A DNA stretch of 32,000 nucleotides. Source: Chthonomonas sp. GTDB taxonomy: Bacteria; Armatimonadota; Fimbriimonadia; Fimbriimonadales; Fimbriimonadaceae. The DNA is taken from contig JANPJF010000006.1 in assembly GCA_031425375.1 (NCBI GenBank), positions 224,123 to 256,122 of the forward strand. Reading direction: 5' to 3'. Below, piece after piece: positions 15,534 to 24,358 of this stretch. The notes beneath the pieces are model-generated. The model ran no database searches, had not been told where the DNA came from, and saw only the letters and a program-made list of their open reading frames with translations. Made by a program: the position numbers and the translations under genes. Every line of letters begins with the position of its first letter. Position 1 is the first letter of the stretch.

Positions 15534-16811
15534 ATGCTACAGGCAATGCTTGCTGGCGTCGCGAGTATCAAAGCTCAGCAGACGCGAATGAATATCATCG
15601 GAAACAACCTCGCCAACGTGAACACCACAGCGTTCAAAGGCGGCAGGGTTACTTTCCAAGACATGATCGCCCAAACGATCAAAGGCGCCAGTCGCCCGAA
15701 CGGAAGTAGCGGCGGTACCAACCCTATCCAATACGGACTCGGCGTACTGGTAGCCGGAACTGACGTCAACAACGAACAAGGCTCGCTGAGTGCGACAAAT
15801 CGACCCAGCGACTTGGCAATCCAAGGCAACGGGTTTTTCCTCGTCTCTAACAGCAGCCGGATCGCTTACACACGAGACGGTGCGTTCGACCTTGACGCCA
15901 ACGGCGTCTTAGTTCAACGATCTACCGGCGAACGGATGGTCGGCTGGCAGGCCGACGCCAATGGCAACATTGACACCTCTGGCCCCGTGAACAACAACAG
16001 CTACATCAGCATCCCGCTCGGTTCGCTAGACGCGGTTCAAGCCACTACCCGGGCTAGCCTGAAAGGCAACTTGAATGCTGATGCACTCGCCACTGACACT
16101 TGGGATGTCATCACCACTGTGTACGACTCGCTCGGCGGCGCCCACGACATTCGCGTTCAGTTCAAGAATCGAGCCACGCCACCGGGCGGTACCCCTCCAA
16201 CTGGAGCAACCACAAGTTGGGAGTGGGAAGCCTTTGAGGGGACAACATCAATCGGTGGTTCTGCGACCACCGGAAACGCGATGTTGTACTTTGACGGGGC
16301 TGGGAAGTTGATGAATCCCACCGCTGTGGCAGCGATCACCCTTCCGACGAGTGGCGGCGCTACTCCAACTTCGATCGCCTTAGACTTTAGTAAAATCAGC
16401 CAGCTCAAGGCCGACAGCAACGTGACGCCCTACGACCAAAACGGCTATCCGCCAGGATCGTTGCAGGGTTACTCGATCGGCGGGGACGGCATCGTCACCG
16501 GACTCTTCACCAACGGTCTTACTCGAGATCTCGGTCAGGTCGCCATGGCGGTCTTTTCGAACCCAGGCGGTTTGGAGCGAATGGGAAACAACCTGTGGCG
16601 ACAAACCGACAACTCCGGCATCCCGGTGAATGGTGCGCCCAAATCCGGCGGCCGAGGCAGCATCAATGCTGGCTTCCTTGAGCAGTCCAACGTGGACATC
16701 TCCAATGAATTTACCGACCTAATCATCACTCAGCGTGGCTTCCAAGCCAACACGAAGGTGGTCTCGACGGTAGACGAGATGCTTCAAGACCTCATCAACA
16801 TGAAGCGATAA
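15534..16811 (+). CDS. flgE: Flagellar hook protein FlgE
   Basis: 425 aa. N-terminus GVASIKAQQTRMNIIGNNLANVNTTAFKGGRVTFQDM. C-terminus GFLEQSNVDISNEFTDLIITQRGFQANTKVVSTVDEMLQDLINMKR. These are the conserved rod/hook terminal domains. Confidence 0.93.
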   Translation: MLQAMLAGVASIKAQQTRMNIIGNNLANVNTTAFKGGRVTFQDMIAQTIKGASRPNGSSGGTNPIQYGLGVLVAGTDVNNEQGSLSATNRPSDLAIQGNGFFLVSNSSRIAYTRDGAFDLDANGVLVQRSTGERMVGWQADANGNIDTSGPVNNNSYISIPLGSLDAVQATTRASLKGNLNADALATDTWDVITTVYDSLGGAHDIRVQFKNRATPPGGTPPTGATTSWEWEAFEGTTSIGGSATTGNAMLYFDGAGKLMNPTAVAAITLPTSGGATPTSIALDFSKISQLKADSNVTPYDQNGYPPGSLQGYSIGGDGIVTGLFTNGLTRDLGQVAMAVFSNPGGLERMGNNLWRQTDNSGIPVNGAPKSGGRGSINAGFLEQSNVDISNEFTDLIITQRGFQANTKVVSTVDEMLQDLINMKR

Positions 16812-16835
16812 CCCGCTAAGTGAACTTCATCGAAT

Positions 16836-16860
16836 GGCCCACGCTCCACGAGCGTGGGCC
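16836..16860. terminator. GC-rich hairpin between convergent flgE and doxX (11-bp perfect stem GGCCCACGCTC / GAGCGTGGGCC, 3-nt loop)
   Basis: Seen in the sequence 25 nt after the flgE stop and 6 nt after the doxX stop. Neither side has a clean U-tract. Confidence 0.45.
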
Positions 16861-16866
16861 GGTCTC

Positions 16867-17277
16867 TTATGATTTTCGGCGAGCCCACAATGCGTCGAGG
16901 CTCCATGGTCCGGCACCGTAGGCGGCAAAGAACAAGTAGATGAAGCACATTAGCACGGCGGGCGCGCCACCATTTTGGGCTGGCCAGGTCCCACCGGGCT
17001 GATGAAACTGGAAATAGGCCACCGCCATCATGCCCGAGAGGAGGAAGGCCGTCGGACGAGTTAATAGACCGACCATAAGCAAGGGGCCGCCAATGACTTC
17101 CAGCAACGCCCCAATTCCTATCTGAGAAGTTAAACCAGGAGCAGGTGCACCACCCGGCATACCGCCGAGCCATCCGAAAAGTTTCATACCACCGGCTTGC
17201 ATAAGCAAGAGCCCCGATACCACCCTGAGGGCCGTCAAGGTTATAGTGGTGAGTTTTGCTTGCGTAGCCTCATTCAT
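16867..17277 (-). CDS. DoxX family integral membrane protein
   Basis: 136 aa with four predicted TM helices. LTALRVVSGLLLMQAGGMKLFGW...GALLEVIGGPLLMVGLLTRPTAFLLSGMMAVAYF is typical of DoxX. Confidence 0.8.
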   Translation of the reverse strand: MNEATQAKLTTITLTALRVVSGLLLMQAGGMKLFGWLGGMPGGAPAPGLTSQIGIGALLEVIGGPLLMVGLLTRPTAFLLSGMMAVAYFQFHQPGGTWPAQNGGAPAVLMCFIYLFFAAYGAGPWSLDALWARRKS

Positions 17278-17310
17278 GTAGCTACGGACGTGAAATGAGA
17301 TGCAAGTGGC

Positions 17311-17742
17311 TCAGGTTTTCGAGCTTGCTCGGCACCCGGGACAGCTACGATGCGACTTCACCGAGTTCCCCACATGGAAGCCAATGACGAATGAGGCACC
17401 CACGAGCGACAGTGCCGTCGACACCGGATCAATACCGTGGTTATGTCCCGCGTGATCATGAGCAAAAAACACCTGTCGCGCGATTAGAATCGCCAAACCG
17501 ATGATCAACGCGACCGCGAGTCGCGCGTCGCCATGCCGCCGGAAGCCCGTGACGGCAGCGAACGTACCGGCGATCACCGCGATGCCGAGGAAAAGCCAGT
17601 CCACTCTGGAATCCGTGAAAAACCCAAGCCCAAGCGTAGAAAGGAGGCCGAGCGCAACGCCTGACAATGCGCAGTGAATCGCGCATAGGAAGCTTGCGGT
17701 GCCCCCTACTCGATCCCAATTCACCCCTCTCGGTGCTTTCAT
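17311..17742 (-). CDS. MerC-domain-like small membrane protein
   Basis: 143 aa. DRVGGTASFLCAIHCALSGVALGLL near the N-terminus and a C-terminal GFHVGN resemble the MerC family pattern (SxLCAxHC ... H..N). Four hydrophobic segments. Confidence 0.55.
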   Translation of the reverse strand: MKAPRGVNWDRVGGTASFLCAIHCALSGVALGLLSTLGLGFFTDSRVDWLFLGIAVIAGTFAAVTGFRRHGDARLAVALIIGLAILIARQVFFAHDHAGHNHGIDPVSTALSLVGASFVIGFHVGNSVKSHRSCPGCRASSKT

Positions 17743-17786
17743 GCCCTACATTGTTGCATATTTATTGCATTAAGCCACCAAGTCCC

Positions 17787-18458
17787 ATGGCCCATAATCA
17801 ACAAACGATGAATGAGTTGCTGCTTCGAGAGAAGGTGTGCGAGATCGGGCGGCTGCTTTGGGATCGGCACCTCATCGGCGCACTCGAGGGAAACATCTCC
17901 TGCCGCCTAAGCCCAACGCGATTTCTCTGTACTCCTGCTGGACGAAACAAAGGCCTGCTCGACCCTGCTGACCTCGTCGTGATTGACCTCAGCGGATCCC
18001 CAGCGGGTGCAGGCCGGCCTAGCAGCGAAATTCGTCTCCACCTGGAGTGCTACGCCCAGCGACCGGATTGTCAAGCGGTGGTCCACGCCCATCCTCCATT
18101 TGCCACCGCTTTTGCATTAACAGGCCGAACACTCCCAGGCAACCTCCTGCCTGAGGCAGCCGTGATCTTGGGTGACGTGCCATTAGTCCCATTCGCGATA
18201 CCGGGAACAGACACTATGCGCGACGCGATCCGACCATTCCTTGCCCTCCACGACGTGTTCTTGCTCGCGAATCACGGGGCGTTGGCGATCGGCGAGGATC
18301 TGGATCAAGCCTTTGGCAAAATGGACACCCTGGAGCGGGTGGCCGCAGTCGTTTTCCGCGCGATGCAGATTGACAAACCCGTCCCGCTGTCCCCAGAAGT
18401 TTGTGAGTCGCTCCGGAAACTTGGCCCCCAAGCTAAACTAGAGCAAGCCGAACGATGA
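17787..18458 (+). CDS. Class II aldolase/adducin-domain protein (fuculose-phosphate aldolase / MTRu-1-P dehydratase-like)
   Basis: GALEGNISCRL, SSEIRLHLECYAQRPDCQAVVHAHPPFATAFA and LLANHGALAIGEDLDQAF are family motifs. I chose ATG 17787 because the longer track ORF (start 17667) would overlap the divergent MerC-like gene. The stop overlaps the hisS start (ATGA). Confidence 0.8.
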   Translation: MAHNQQTMNELLLREKVCEIGRLLWDRHLIGALEGNISCRLSPTRFLCTPAGRNKGLLDPADLVVIDLSGSPAGAGRPSSEIRLHLECYAQRPDCQAVVHAHPPFATAFALTGRTLPGNLLPEAAVILGDVPLVPFAIPGTDTMRDAIRPFLALHDVFLLANHGALAIGEDLDQAFGKMDTLERVAAVVFRAMQIDKPVPLSPEVCESLRKLGPQAKLEQAER

Positions 18459-19708
18459 GATACCAAGCACCCCGAGGCACCCACGACGTCCTACCCAAGG
18501 AATCCCACGCCTGGCAACACGTCGAGCGCACCTTTGCCGACCTGGTCAGGCGCTATGGCTTCGCGGAAATCCGCACACCCATGTTCGAGGAGACCGAACT
18601 CTTCGCTCGTACAAGCGGTGACACGAGCGAAATTGTTACCAAACAGATGTATCAGTTCCTCGACAAAGGCGGTCGAGACGTTACGCTGAAGCCCGAGGGC
18701 ACCGCGGCCGCAGTGCGCAGTTATCTTGAACATCACCTGGGCGAGCAAGGCGCGCTTACCAAACTTTGGTACGAAACCCCTGTCTTTCGGTACGAGCGTC
18801 CCCAGAAGGGCCGCTTCCGCCAACATCACCAACTAGGAGTGGAACTGCTCGGATCGCCTTCACCCATGGCCGACGCTGAAGTCATAGAAATTGCAGTCCG
18901 CTTCTTCCAATCACTTGGGTTAAAGGATTTGGAAGTTTCCGTCAATTCGATCGGGCGCGCTGAGACTCGCGACCGTTACCGAAACGCGCTCCTAGGGCAC
19001 GCCGCGTCGTATCTAAGCGAACTTGACGAGCAAGAAAGAGCAAGAGCAGAGCGGAATCCTCTGAGACTCCTGGACAGCAAGGACCCCAAGGCGATTGAAC
19101 TGTTGCAAAACGCACCGAGCATCCTGGACCACCTCGAAGACGCGAGCAAAGCGAGTTTCGAACGACTGCTAGAGCTCCTTGAAAGCGCAAACATCCCTTT
19201 CTCGGTGCAACCGCGCATCGTTCGGGGGCTCGACTACTACACCGACACCGTTTTCGAGGTTCAAAGCACCGCCTTGGGAGCGCAGAGCGCGCTGTGTGGG
19301 GGAGGTCGCTACGATGGGCTTGTTAAAGCGATCGGTGGGCCCGATACGCCAGCCGTCGGATTCGGTATCGGCATTGAGCGTCTAATGCTGGTGCTAGAAG
19401 CCCAAAATGTCTTGCCGCCATGTCCAAAACTGGACGCATTTCTGGTTGCCGCAACCGAAGCCGCAAGACCTTCGTTATCTAGTCTTGCCAGCGGCTTGCG
19501 GCAAGCCGGTTTTTCCGTAATGCTTGATTTTGACGGCAAGAACCTGAAATCTCAGTTTAAGCAAGCCGACCGAAGCGGAGCGCGCTTCGCAATTGTGATC
19601 GGGGACGACGAACTTGCCGCGAACAGCGTGTCGCTTCGCAACCTACAGGCGAGCACACAGAATTTGGTCCCACTGACAGCTTTGCATGAGGCGTTGCGTG
19701 CGGGTTAG
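18455..19708 (+). CDS. hisS: Histidine--tRNA ligase
   Basis: 417 aa. PRGTHDVLP, FAEIRTPMFEETELF, RYERPQKGRFRQHHQLGVELLG, GGGRYDGL, GFGIGIERL, and a C-terminal anticodon-binding domain. Confidence 0.95.
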   Translation: MRYQAPRGTHDVLPKESHAWQHVERTFADLVRRYGFAEIRTPMFEETELFARTSGDTSEIVTKQMYQFLDKGGRDVTLKPEGTAAAVRSYLEHHLGEQGALTKLWYETPVFRYERPQKGRFRQHHQLGVELLGSPSPMADAEVIEIAVRFFQSLGLKDLEVSVNSIGRAETRDRYRNALLGHAASYLSELDEQERARAERNPLRLLDSKDPKAIELLQNAPSILDHLEDASKASFERLLELLESANIPFSVQPRIVRGLDYYTDTVFEVQSTALGAQSALCGGGRYDGLVKAIGGPDTPAVGFGIGIERLMLVLEAQNVLPPCPKLDAFLVAATEAARPSLSSLASGLRQAGFSVMLDFDGKNLKSQFKQADRSGARFAIVIGDDELAANSVSLRNLQASTQNLVPLTALHEALRAG

Positions 19709-20570
19709 CCTGGCCCTCGCGGTGTCTCTGGGGCTGGCGCATTCCGCCCTCGCCCAAGTGCCCGATGTCAGCATCGTCACCGATGTGCGTTCGACCTTGC
19801 AGTTCTCTCAAAAAGACGCCAAGACACGATTTTACGATCCGTTCGGGCGGATCAGTACGGTAACTCTCCAGCTCATCTTGGAGGGCTTCTATGTAGTTCG
19901 ATTGAGCGAGCGATTCGCCCGTATCCCAGGCGACACGATGGGAAAGCAACTTGAATACGCCTATTTCGAGTACCCCGGCCTATGGCGCGTCGGTGTAATC
20001 CCTGCCCGATTCGGGCGCGGATGGCTCATCCGCGAATACGGCCTCGGCGGAGAAATACGAACCAATCTTCTCTTTGACAACCTTCCCTTCTCGATCGGCG
20101 CGATAGACGACGGCGAGCGCCGCACCCGCGGCGTCATGGCGAGGGCCGGGGGTCGAGTGGGGGTGAGCTTTGCCTCGGGCAACCACTTCGCCGCTTCTGG
20201 CACCTCACTCACCGCCATCCGCAGCCCCGAAGAGGCCCCTGGGATTGGTCGTGGATACAAGACTTTATATGGCGTCGACGCGTCTGGCCGCTTTGGACCT
20301 TGGCGTGGTAGCTTTGAGGCGGTGAGTCTCAAGCAAGGCCAAACGAGCCTCGACAAAGATGAAAAAGTCCTAGACTTCGAGCTGGCCTACCAGCTCTCAC
20401 CCCTTGGAAATGAGTACCGAATCGGCTACGCGCGCACCTTGCGCGGTCGATCCGACCATCTCCGCGCCGAGGTTGAGGCACCCGTAGATCAGAAGCTAAG
20501 CATTACCGGCCAGTTCCGGCTGGACTCGGGTCGAGCGCTCTACGCCATCGGCCTCCGCGCCCGATTTTGA
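19686..20570 (+). CDS. Secreted hypothetical protein, putative outer-membrane beta-barrel
   Basis: 294 aa. Signal peptide MRRCVRVSLALAVSLGLAHSALA-QV. Alternating hydrophobic pattern with many G/R/Y residues. The C-terminus ends in YAIGLRARF, and a terminal aromatic residue is typical of OMPs. Overlaps the hisS end by 23 nt. I recognised no named family. Confidence 0.5.
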   Translation: MRRCVRVSLALAVSLGLAHSALAQVPDVSIVTDVRSTLQFSQKDAKTRFYDPFGRISTVTLQLILEGFYVVRLSERFARIPGDTMGKQLEYAYFEYPGLWRVGVIPARFGRGWLIREYGLGGEIRTNLLFDNLPFSIGAIDDGERRTRGVMARAGGRVGVSFASGNHFAASGTSLTAIRSPEEAPGIGRGYKTLYGVDASGRFGPWRGSFEAVSLKQGQTSLDKDEKVLDFELAYQLSPLGNEYRIGYARTLRGRSDHLRAEVEAPVDQKLSITGQFRLDSGRALYAIGLRARF

Positions 20571-20598
20571 GATTGAACCGTATAATCGAAGGCACACC

Positions 20599-21000
20599 AT
20601 GAGTGGAGAATTTCAGCGAGCAGTCGGCCTGGTCAAGGGGTATGTGAATCGGGAATGGGAGCGCATCAACGCAGTCGAGACGCTTGACGCCCGAAGCGAG
20701 CTTGACGACATAAGTCGCAACCCATCATCGCGTCCCAGCCGCGCAGAGGACACCGTCATCGTACGCGACGCAGCTCATGCTCGGCGTATTCTAGACGTCG
20801 CCGAAGGGGCTGATTACGAGGCTATTAAAACCGCTTACGAGAATCTAAGCGCGCAGTCAAAGCCGGAGCAATTCCCCACCGGGACAGAAGAATTCTCAAG
20901 GGCGACACGGATTCAGCGCAGTATCCACACGGCGTACACCCTTCTCATCGAAGAATTTGGCACCACAGAGCGCCGCTTTAAGTCCCTAGAGATCGACTGA
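20599..21000 (+). CDS. Small hypothetical protein with a degenerate J-domain-like segment (no HPD tripeptide)
   Basis: 133 aa. RRILDVAEGADYEAIKTAYENLSAQSKPEQFPTGTEEFSRATRIQRSIHTAYTLLIE aligns by eye with the J-domain pattern (ILGV...EIKKAYRKLA..HPDK......F..I..AY..L), with KPE in place of HPD. Confidence 0.45.
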   Translation: MSGEFQRAVGLVKGYVNREWERINAVETLDARSELDDISRNPSSRPSRAEDTVIVRDAAHARRILDVAEGADYEAIKTAYENLSAQSKPEQFPTGTEEFSRATRIQRSIHTAYTLLIEEFGTTERRFKSLEID

Positions 21001-21005
21001 AGTGC

Positions 21006-21929
21006 CTAACGGCGGAACATCGACTTCAAGATAAACCACATGTTCGCGGGCCGCTCGGCCAGCCGCCGTGTGAAGTACGGGTACCAACTGTCGCCATACG
21101 GCACGTAAACGCGCACGTTGTAGCCTTCCGCAGCAAGTCCATCCTGCAAATCGCGCCGGATCCCGTACAGCATCTGCCACTCGAACCGCTCCTTGCCAAT
21201 CCCCTCGGCAATGGCGAACGCCTTCAATTCAGCGATAATTTTCTCGTCGTGAGTAGCGATCGCGGGGTAATTCCCTTCGCGCATCAGCATCTTTGACATC
21301 TCAATGTACTGCCGATCGGTCTCCGCTTTGGAGCTGACCACTACATTCTCGGGCTCCAGATAAGCACCCTTCACCACCCGAATCCGCACCCCAAGAGCGA
21401 TCATCCGACGCGTATCATCTAGCGCCCGGATCAGATAGGACTGCAAAACCGTGCCCGTATTCTTGAAGTCGCCGAAGACCTTCTCGATCATAGTCAGCGT
21501 GCGCTCCGTGTACTCGCTCGCCTCCATGTCCACTCGAACAAAAGTGTCCGACTCCGCCGCTTGCCAAAGCAACTGGCGATAGTTGTCTTCCGCCCAGCTT
21601 GGGTCAATATCGAGACCGCATTGCGTGAGCTTGATCGAGATATTGATCTTTTTCTGGTGCGGGCTCTGAGCGATGGCGGAGACAATCTCCCTGTACATCT
21701 GGCAAGCGTGCACCGCCTCTTCTCGAGTTGAAGTGTTTTCCCCCAAATAGTCCAGCGAAACGTTGAGTCCCCTAGAGGCGAGCGACTCGGCGGCGCGCAT
21801 CGCGGACGAAAGGTCGTCTCCGGCGATGAATCGCGAGACCATGGGCCTAAAGAGAAAGGAGCGCCGCACGAGCCGCTCGATGGGGCCGAGCGCGGCGGTT
21901 TTGAGAATGATTGCACGACCTAACGACAT
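21006..21929 (-). CDS. Proline dehydrogenase (monofunctional PRODH)
   Basis: 307 aa. FIAGDDLSSAMRAAESLASRGLNVSLDYLGE, VRVDMEAS, RVVKGAY, ATHDEKII, YGIRRDLQ and VRVYVPYG..WYPYFTRRLAERPAN are typical PRODH barrel motifs. Confidence 0.85.
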   Translation of the reverse strand: MSLGRAIILKTAALGPIERLVRRSFLFRPMVSRFIAGDDLSSAMRAAESLASRGLNVSLDYLGENTSTREEAVHACQMYREIVSAIAQSPHQKKINISIKLTQCGLDIDPSWAEDNYRQLLWQAAESDTFVRVDMEASEYTERTLTMIEKVFGDFKNTGTVLQSYLIRALDDTRRMIALGVRIRVVKGAYLEPENVVVSSKAETDRQYIEMSKMLMREGNYPAIATHDEKIIAELKAFAIAEGIGKERFEWQMLYGIRRDLQDGLAAEGYNVRVYVPYGDSWYPYFTRRLAERPANMWFILKSMFRR

Positions 21930-21963
21930 TGTTGGGCTTCCAGTTCAATTGTACTTGAGCCGC

Positions 21964-24012
21964 TCAGCCGCCCATGGCCCGAGTCGCCTGATTCACGAGC
22001 ACCGCACAGACCCAAGCCAATCCCGTCATGTAGAAAAACACAAACGTGGGCCATTTCCAAGAATTTGTTTCCCGGCGGATCGTGGCGAGCGTCGCTCCGC
22101 ACTGGCAGCACAGCGCAAAGAAAATCATAAGCGCGAACGCGGTACCCGTAGTCATCAGTGGTCGCCCATCCGGCCACTTCGCGTTCTTAATCGCCCCTCG
22201 TAAGTCGGACGACTCTTCGTCCTGATCCCCGCCCAGGTCAAAAATGATTCCCAGGGAACTCACCAAAACTTCTCGGGCCGGGAAGGCAGCCAAGATCGCA
22301 GTACTAATGCGCCAATCGAATCCGGCGGGAACAAAAACGGGCTCGATGAACTTGCCAAACCTCCCCAAGTAGGAATCCTCTAGCCTGCGGGCATCGACGA
22401 AATTCTCAAACGTTGAAACCACCTTCGCGCGGGACTCCTCGTCATCTGGCAGCGGGATATCCGAATGACCGTCCAGCTTTTCCGCACCGGTCGCCGAAAA
22501 CTTGGAGTAGAGTTCGACCCCCGCCGGGCTCCGATAAAGCTCTTGCTCGTACAGTCGGTCCGCCGCATCGCTGCGCGGGAAGTAGAGCAGTCCCCAAATG
22601 ATCACCGACATGACGATAATGATCGTGCCCGCGGTCTGCAGAAAGACTTTCGCTCGACCAAACATGGCGCGGCCAACTTCCTTCCACTTCGGAAATTGGT
22701 AAGGCGGGAGCTCCATCAAGAACGGCAATTGTTTGCCGCGAAGCACCTTGCGATTCAGGATGAAGATGATGGGAATCGAAATGATCGCCCCGATGGCGTG
22801 CATTCCAAAAAGGGTGAGCCCGGCAACCCAAGGTCCATATCTCGGCTCAATGATCGCCCCGATGAGCAAGATGTACACCGGTAAACGGGCCGAACAGGAC
22901 ATCAGCGGCGCGACCAAAATCGTGACCAGTCGGCTCTTAGCGTCCGGCATGATACGCGCCGCCATGATCCCTGGAATCGCGCAGGCGAACGAACTCAGCA
23001 GCGGTATAAATGCCTTCCCATTGAGGCCGCACCAGCCCAGCGACTTATCCATCAAGAAGCTGGCCCGGGCTAGGTAGCCAGACCCTTCCAAAATCGCCAC
23101 AAACCCGAATAGGATCAAGATCTGAGGCAGAAACACGGCGACTCCGCCGATGCCCGCGATGATCCCGTCTACGACCAGCGATTGAAGCCACGGGATCGGG
23201 GCCAATGCCCCGCCAACAAAATCTCCAACCCAGCTAAAGCCAAATTCGATCACGTCCATGATCGGGCCGGCGAGAGTGTAAACACTCTGGAACATCCCGT
23301 ACATGACCAGCAGGAAAAAAACCAACCCGAAGACCCGGTGGGTCAGCCAGAAGTCAATTTTGTCCTGCCGTGCCCGCAGCTTCAGAGCAGGGTTTTCTTT
23401 GAACGTAGCCGCGTGAACAGTCTCTGCCCAGGCGTAGCGAGAATCGACCGAATCAAAGGTCAGAGTCGAGGGCTCCTGCCCTTTATCGATAACGCTTTTC
23501 AGCACCATCTTTAGCCGAGAGATTCCATGTGATTTGTGTGAAACCACCGGCACAACCGGAACTCCCAGCAGTTGCTCCAAGGCAACCAGGTCCACCTCGA
23601 TCCCCTTGCGCTTCACGATGTCGCTCATCGTAAGAACCGCGATCATCGGGATTCCAAGCTCGATGACTTGGCTGAAGAAGAAGAGATTCCGCTCGAGATT
23701 GGTCGCGTCCAACGCGATCAACATTACATCGGCCCGGCGCTCGTCGTCGCCCGTGCCTTTGATGGCTTCGGTAGCAATCACCTCGTCCATCGACATCGGG
23801 GTGAGCGTGTACAGCCCTGGAATATCTACAATCTCGACCTCAACGTCGTCGATATGGAATCGGCCGCTGAGTTTCTCGACCGTGACACCCGGGTAGTTGC
23901 CGACCTTAGCGTCGCCCCCGGTCAGGGCATTGAAAATGGAAGTTTTGCCTGCATTTGGGTTACCAATCAGGCCGATAAGAGTGGTTTTCTTCCAGGCCGC
24001 GGTTCCGGGCAT
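21964..24012 (-). CDS. feoB: Ferrous iron transporter FeoB
   Basis: 682 aa. N-terminal G domain LIGNPNAGKTSIFNALTG...VGNYPGVTVEK...IVDIPGLYTL, followed by a polytopic membrane domain. Confidence 0.95.
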   Translation of the reverse strand: MPGTAAWKKTTLIGLIGNPNAGKTSIFNALTGGDAKVGNYPGVTVEKLSGRFHIDDVEVEIVDIPGLYTLTPMSMDEVIATEAIKGTGDDERRADVMLIALDATNLERNLFFFSQVIELGIPMIAVLTMSDIVKRKGIEVDLVALEQLLGVPVVPVVSHKSHGISRLKMVLKSVIDKGQEPSTLTFDSVDSRYAWAETVHAATFKENPALKLRARQDKIDFWLTHRVFGLVFFLLVMYGMFQSVYTLAGPIMDVIEFGFSWVGDFVGGALAPIPWLQSLVVDGIIAGIGGVAVFLPQILILFGFVAILEGSGYLARASFLMDKSLGWCGLNGKAFIPLLSSFACAIPGIMAARIMPDAKSRLVTILVAPLMSCSARLPVYILLIGAIIEPRYGPWVAGLTLFGMHAIGAIISIPIIFILNRKVLRGKQLPFLMELPPYQFPKWKEVGRAMFGRAKVFLQTAGTIIIVMSVIIWGLLYFPRSDAADRLYEQELYRSPAGVELYSKFSATGAEKLDGHSDIPLPDDEESRAKVVSTFENFVDARRLEDSYLGRFGKFIEPVFVPAGFDWRISTAILAAFPAREVLVSSLGIIFDLGGDQDEESSDLRGAIKNAKWPDGRPLMTTGTAFALMIFFALCCQCGATLATIRRETNSWKWPTFVFFYMTGLAWVCAVLVNQATRAMGG

Positions 24013-24015
24013 GGA

Positions 24016-24255
24016 TTACTTGTCAACCTCGACTTCGATGCCTGCCATTTCGCTCCGGCGAAGGCAAAGACGACAGCGACGGAATTGAACCTCTACCGGG
24101 TCGCCAAGAGGGGCTTGCTTCACCACCTCGATCTCCGTACCCACGCAAAGCCCCATTTCTTGGAGTCTGAGCGTGCATTCATCTTCGCAAAGGTACCGAA
24201 CAACCTTTCCCTTCGCTCCCGGCTTCATCTTGGACAGATTCGCTTCGTTGGCCAC
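24016..24255 (-). CDS. feoA: FeoA family iron transport protein
   Basis: 79 aa. LSKMKPGAKGKVVRYL...RLQEMGLCVGTEIEVVKQAPLGDPVEV is an SH3-like FeoA. The start codon is GTG. The gene lies 3 nt upstream of feoB. Confidence 0.85.
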   Translation of the reverse strand: MANEANLSKMKPGAKGKVVRYLCEDECTLRLQEMGLCVGTEIEVVKQAPLGDPVEVQFRRCRLCLRRSEMAGIEVEVDK

Positions 24256-24358
24256 AGCAGTCTCTCAAATGTAAAGGTACCTTAACAAGCCCGCTCAGAA
24301 CGAATTTTGCCGTCGAGGCGTTCACTTAAAGTAATCTTTCCTAAAAAGTATAGACGCC

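Noticed and set aside
15332-15571. 79-aa minus-strand ORF in the flgE upstream spacer
   Set aside because: It overlaps the flgE start in antisense, has no recognisable motif or RBS, and its composition is atypical.
15463-15591. 42-codon ORF (MPAHEKQAPSSSKSLENRNEKRRL...) in the flgE leader that runs out of frame into flgE
   Set aside because: It has no Shine-Dalgarno, a low-complexity product and nothing recognisable to suggest conservation. It is probably fortuitous. It would only matter if ribosome profiling showed it acting as a regulatory uORF.
17754-17770. Direct repeat TTGCAT...TTGCAT, 11 bp apart, in the 44-bp region between the MerC-like gene and the aldolase gene
   Set aside because: Two 6-mers in AT-rich intergenic DNA are not statistically meaningful. 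There is no MerR-type inverted repeat or 19-bp spacer promoter, and no regulator gene is nearby.
17667-17786. 40-codon N-terminal extension of the aldolase ORF given by the track
   Set aside because: The extension would overlap the divergent MerC-like gene by 76 nt and its residues look non-protein-like (RSESRIGSLRCPLLDPNSP). The ATG at 17787 gives a normal class II aldolase N-terminus.
23572-24285. 237-aa plus-strand ORF spanning feoB/feoA
   Set aside because: It is antisense to the well-supported feoB G-domain and feoA. It is a shadow ORF.
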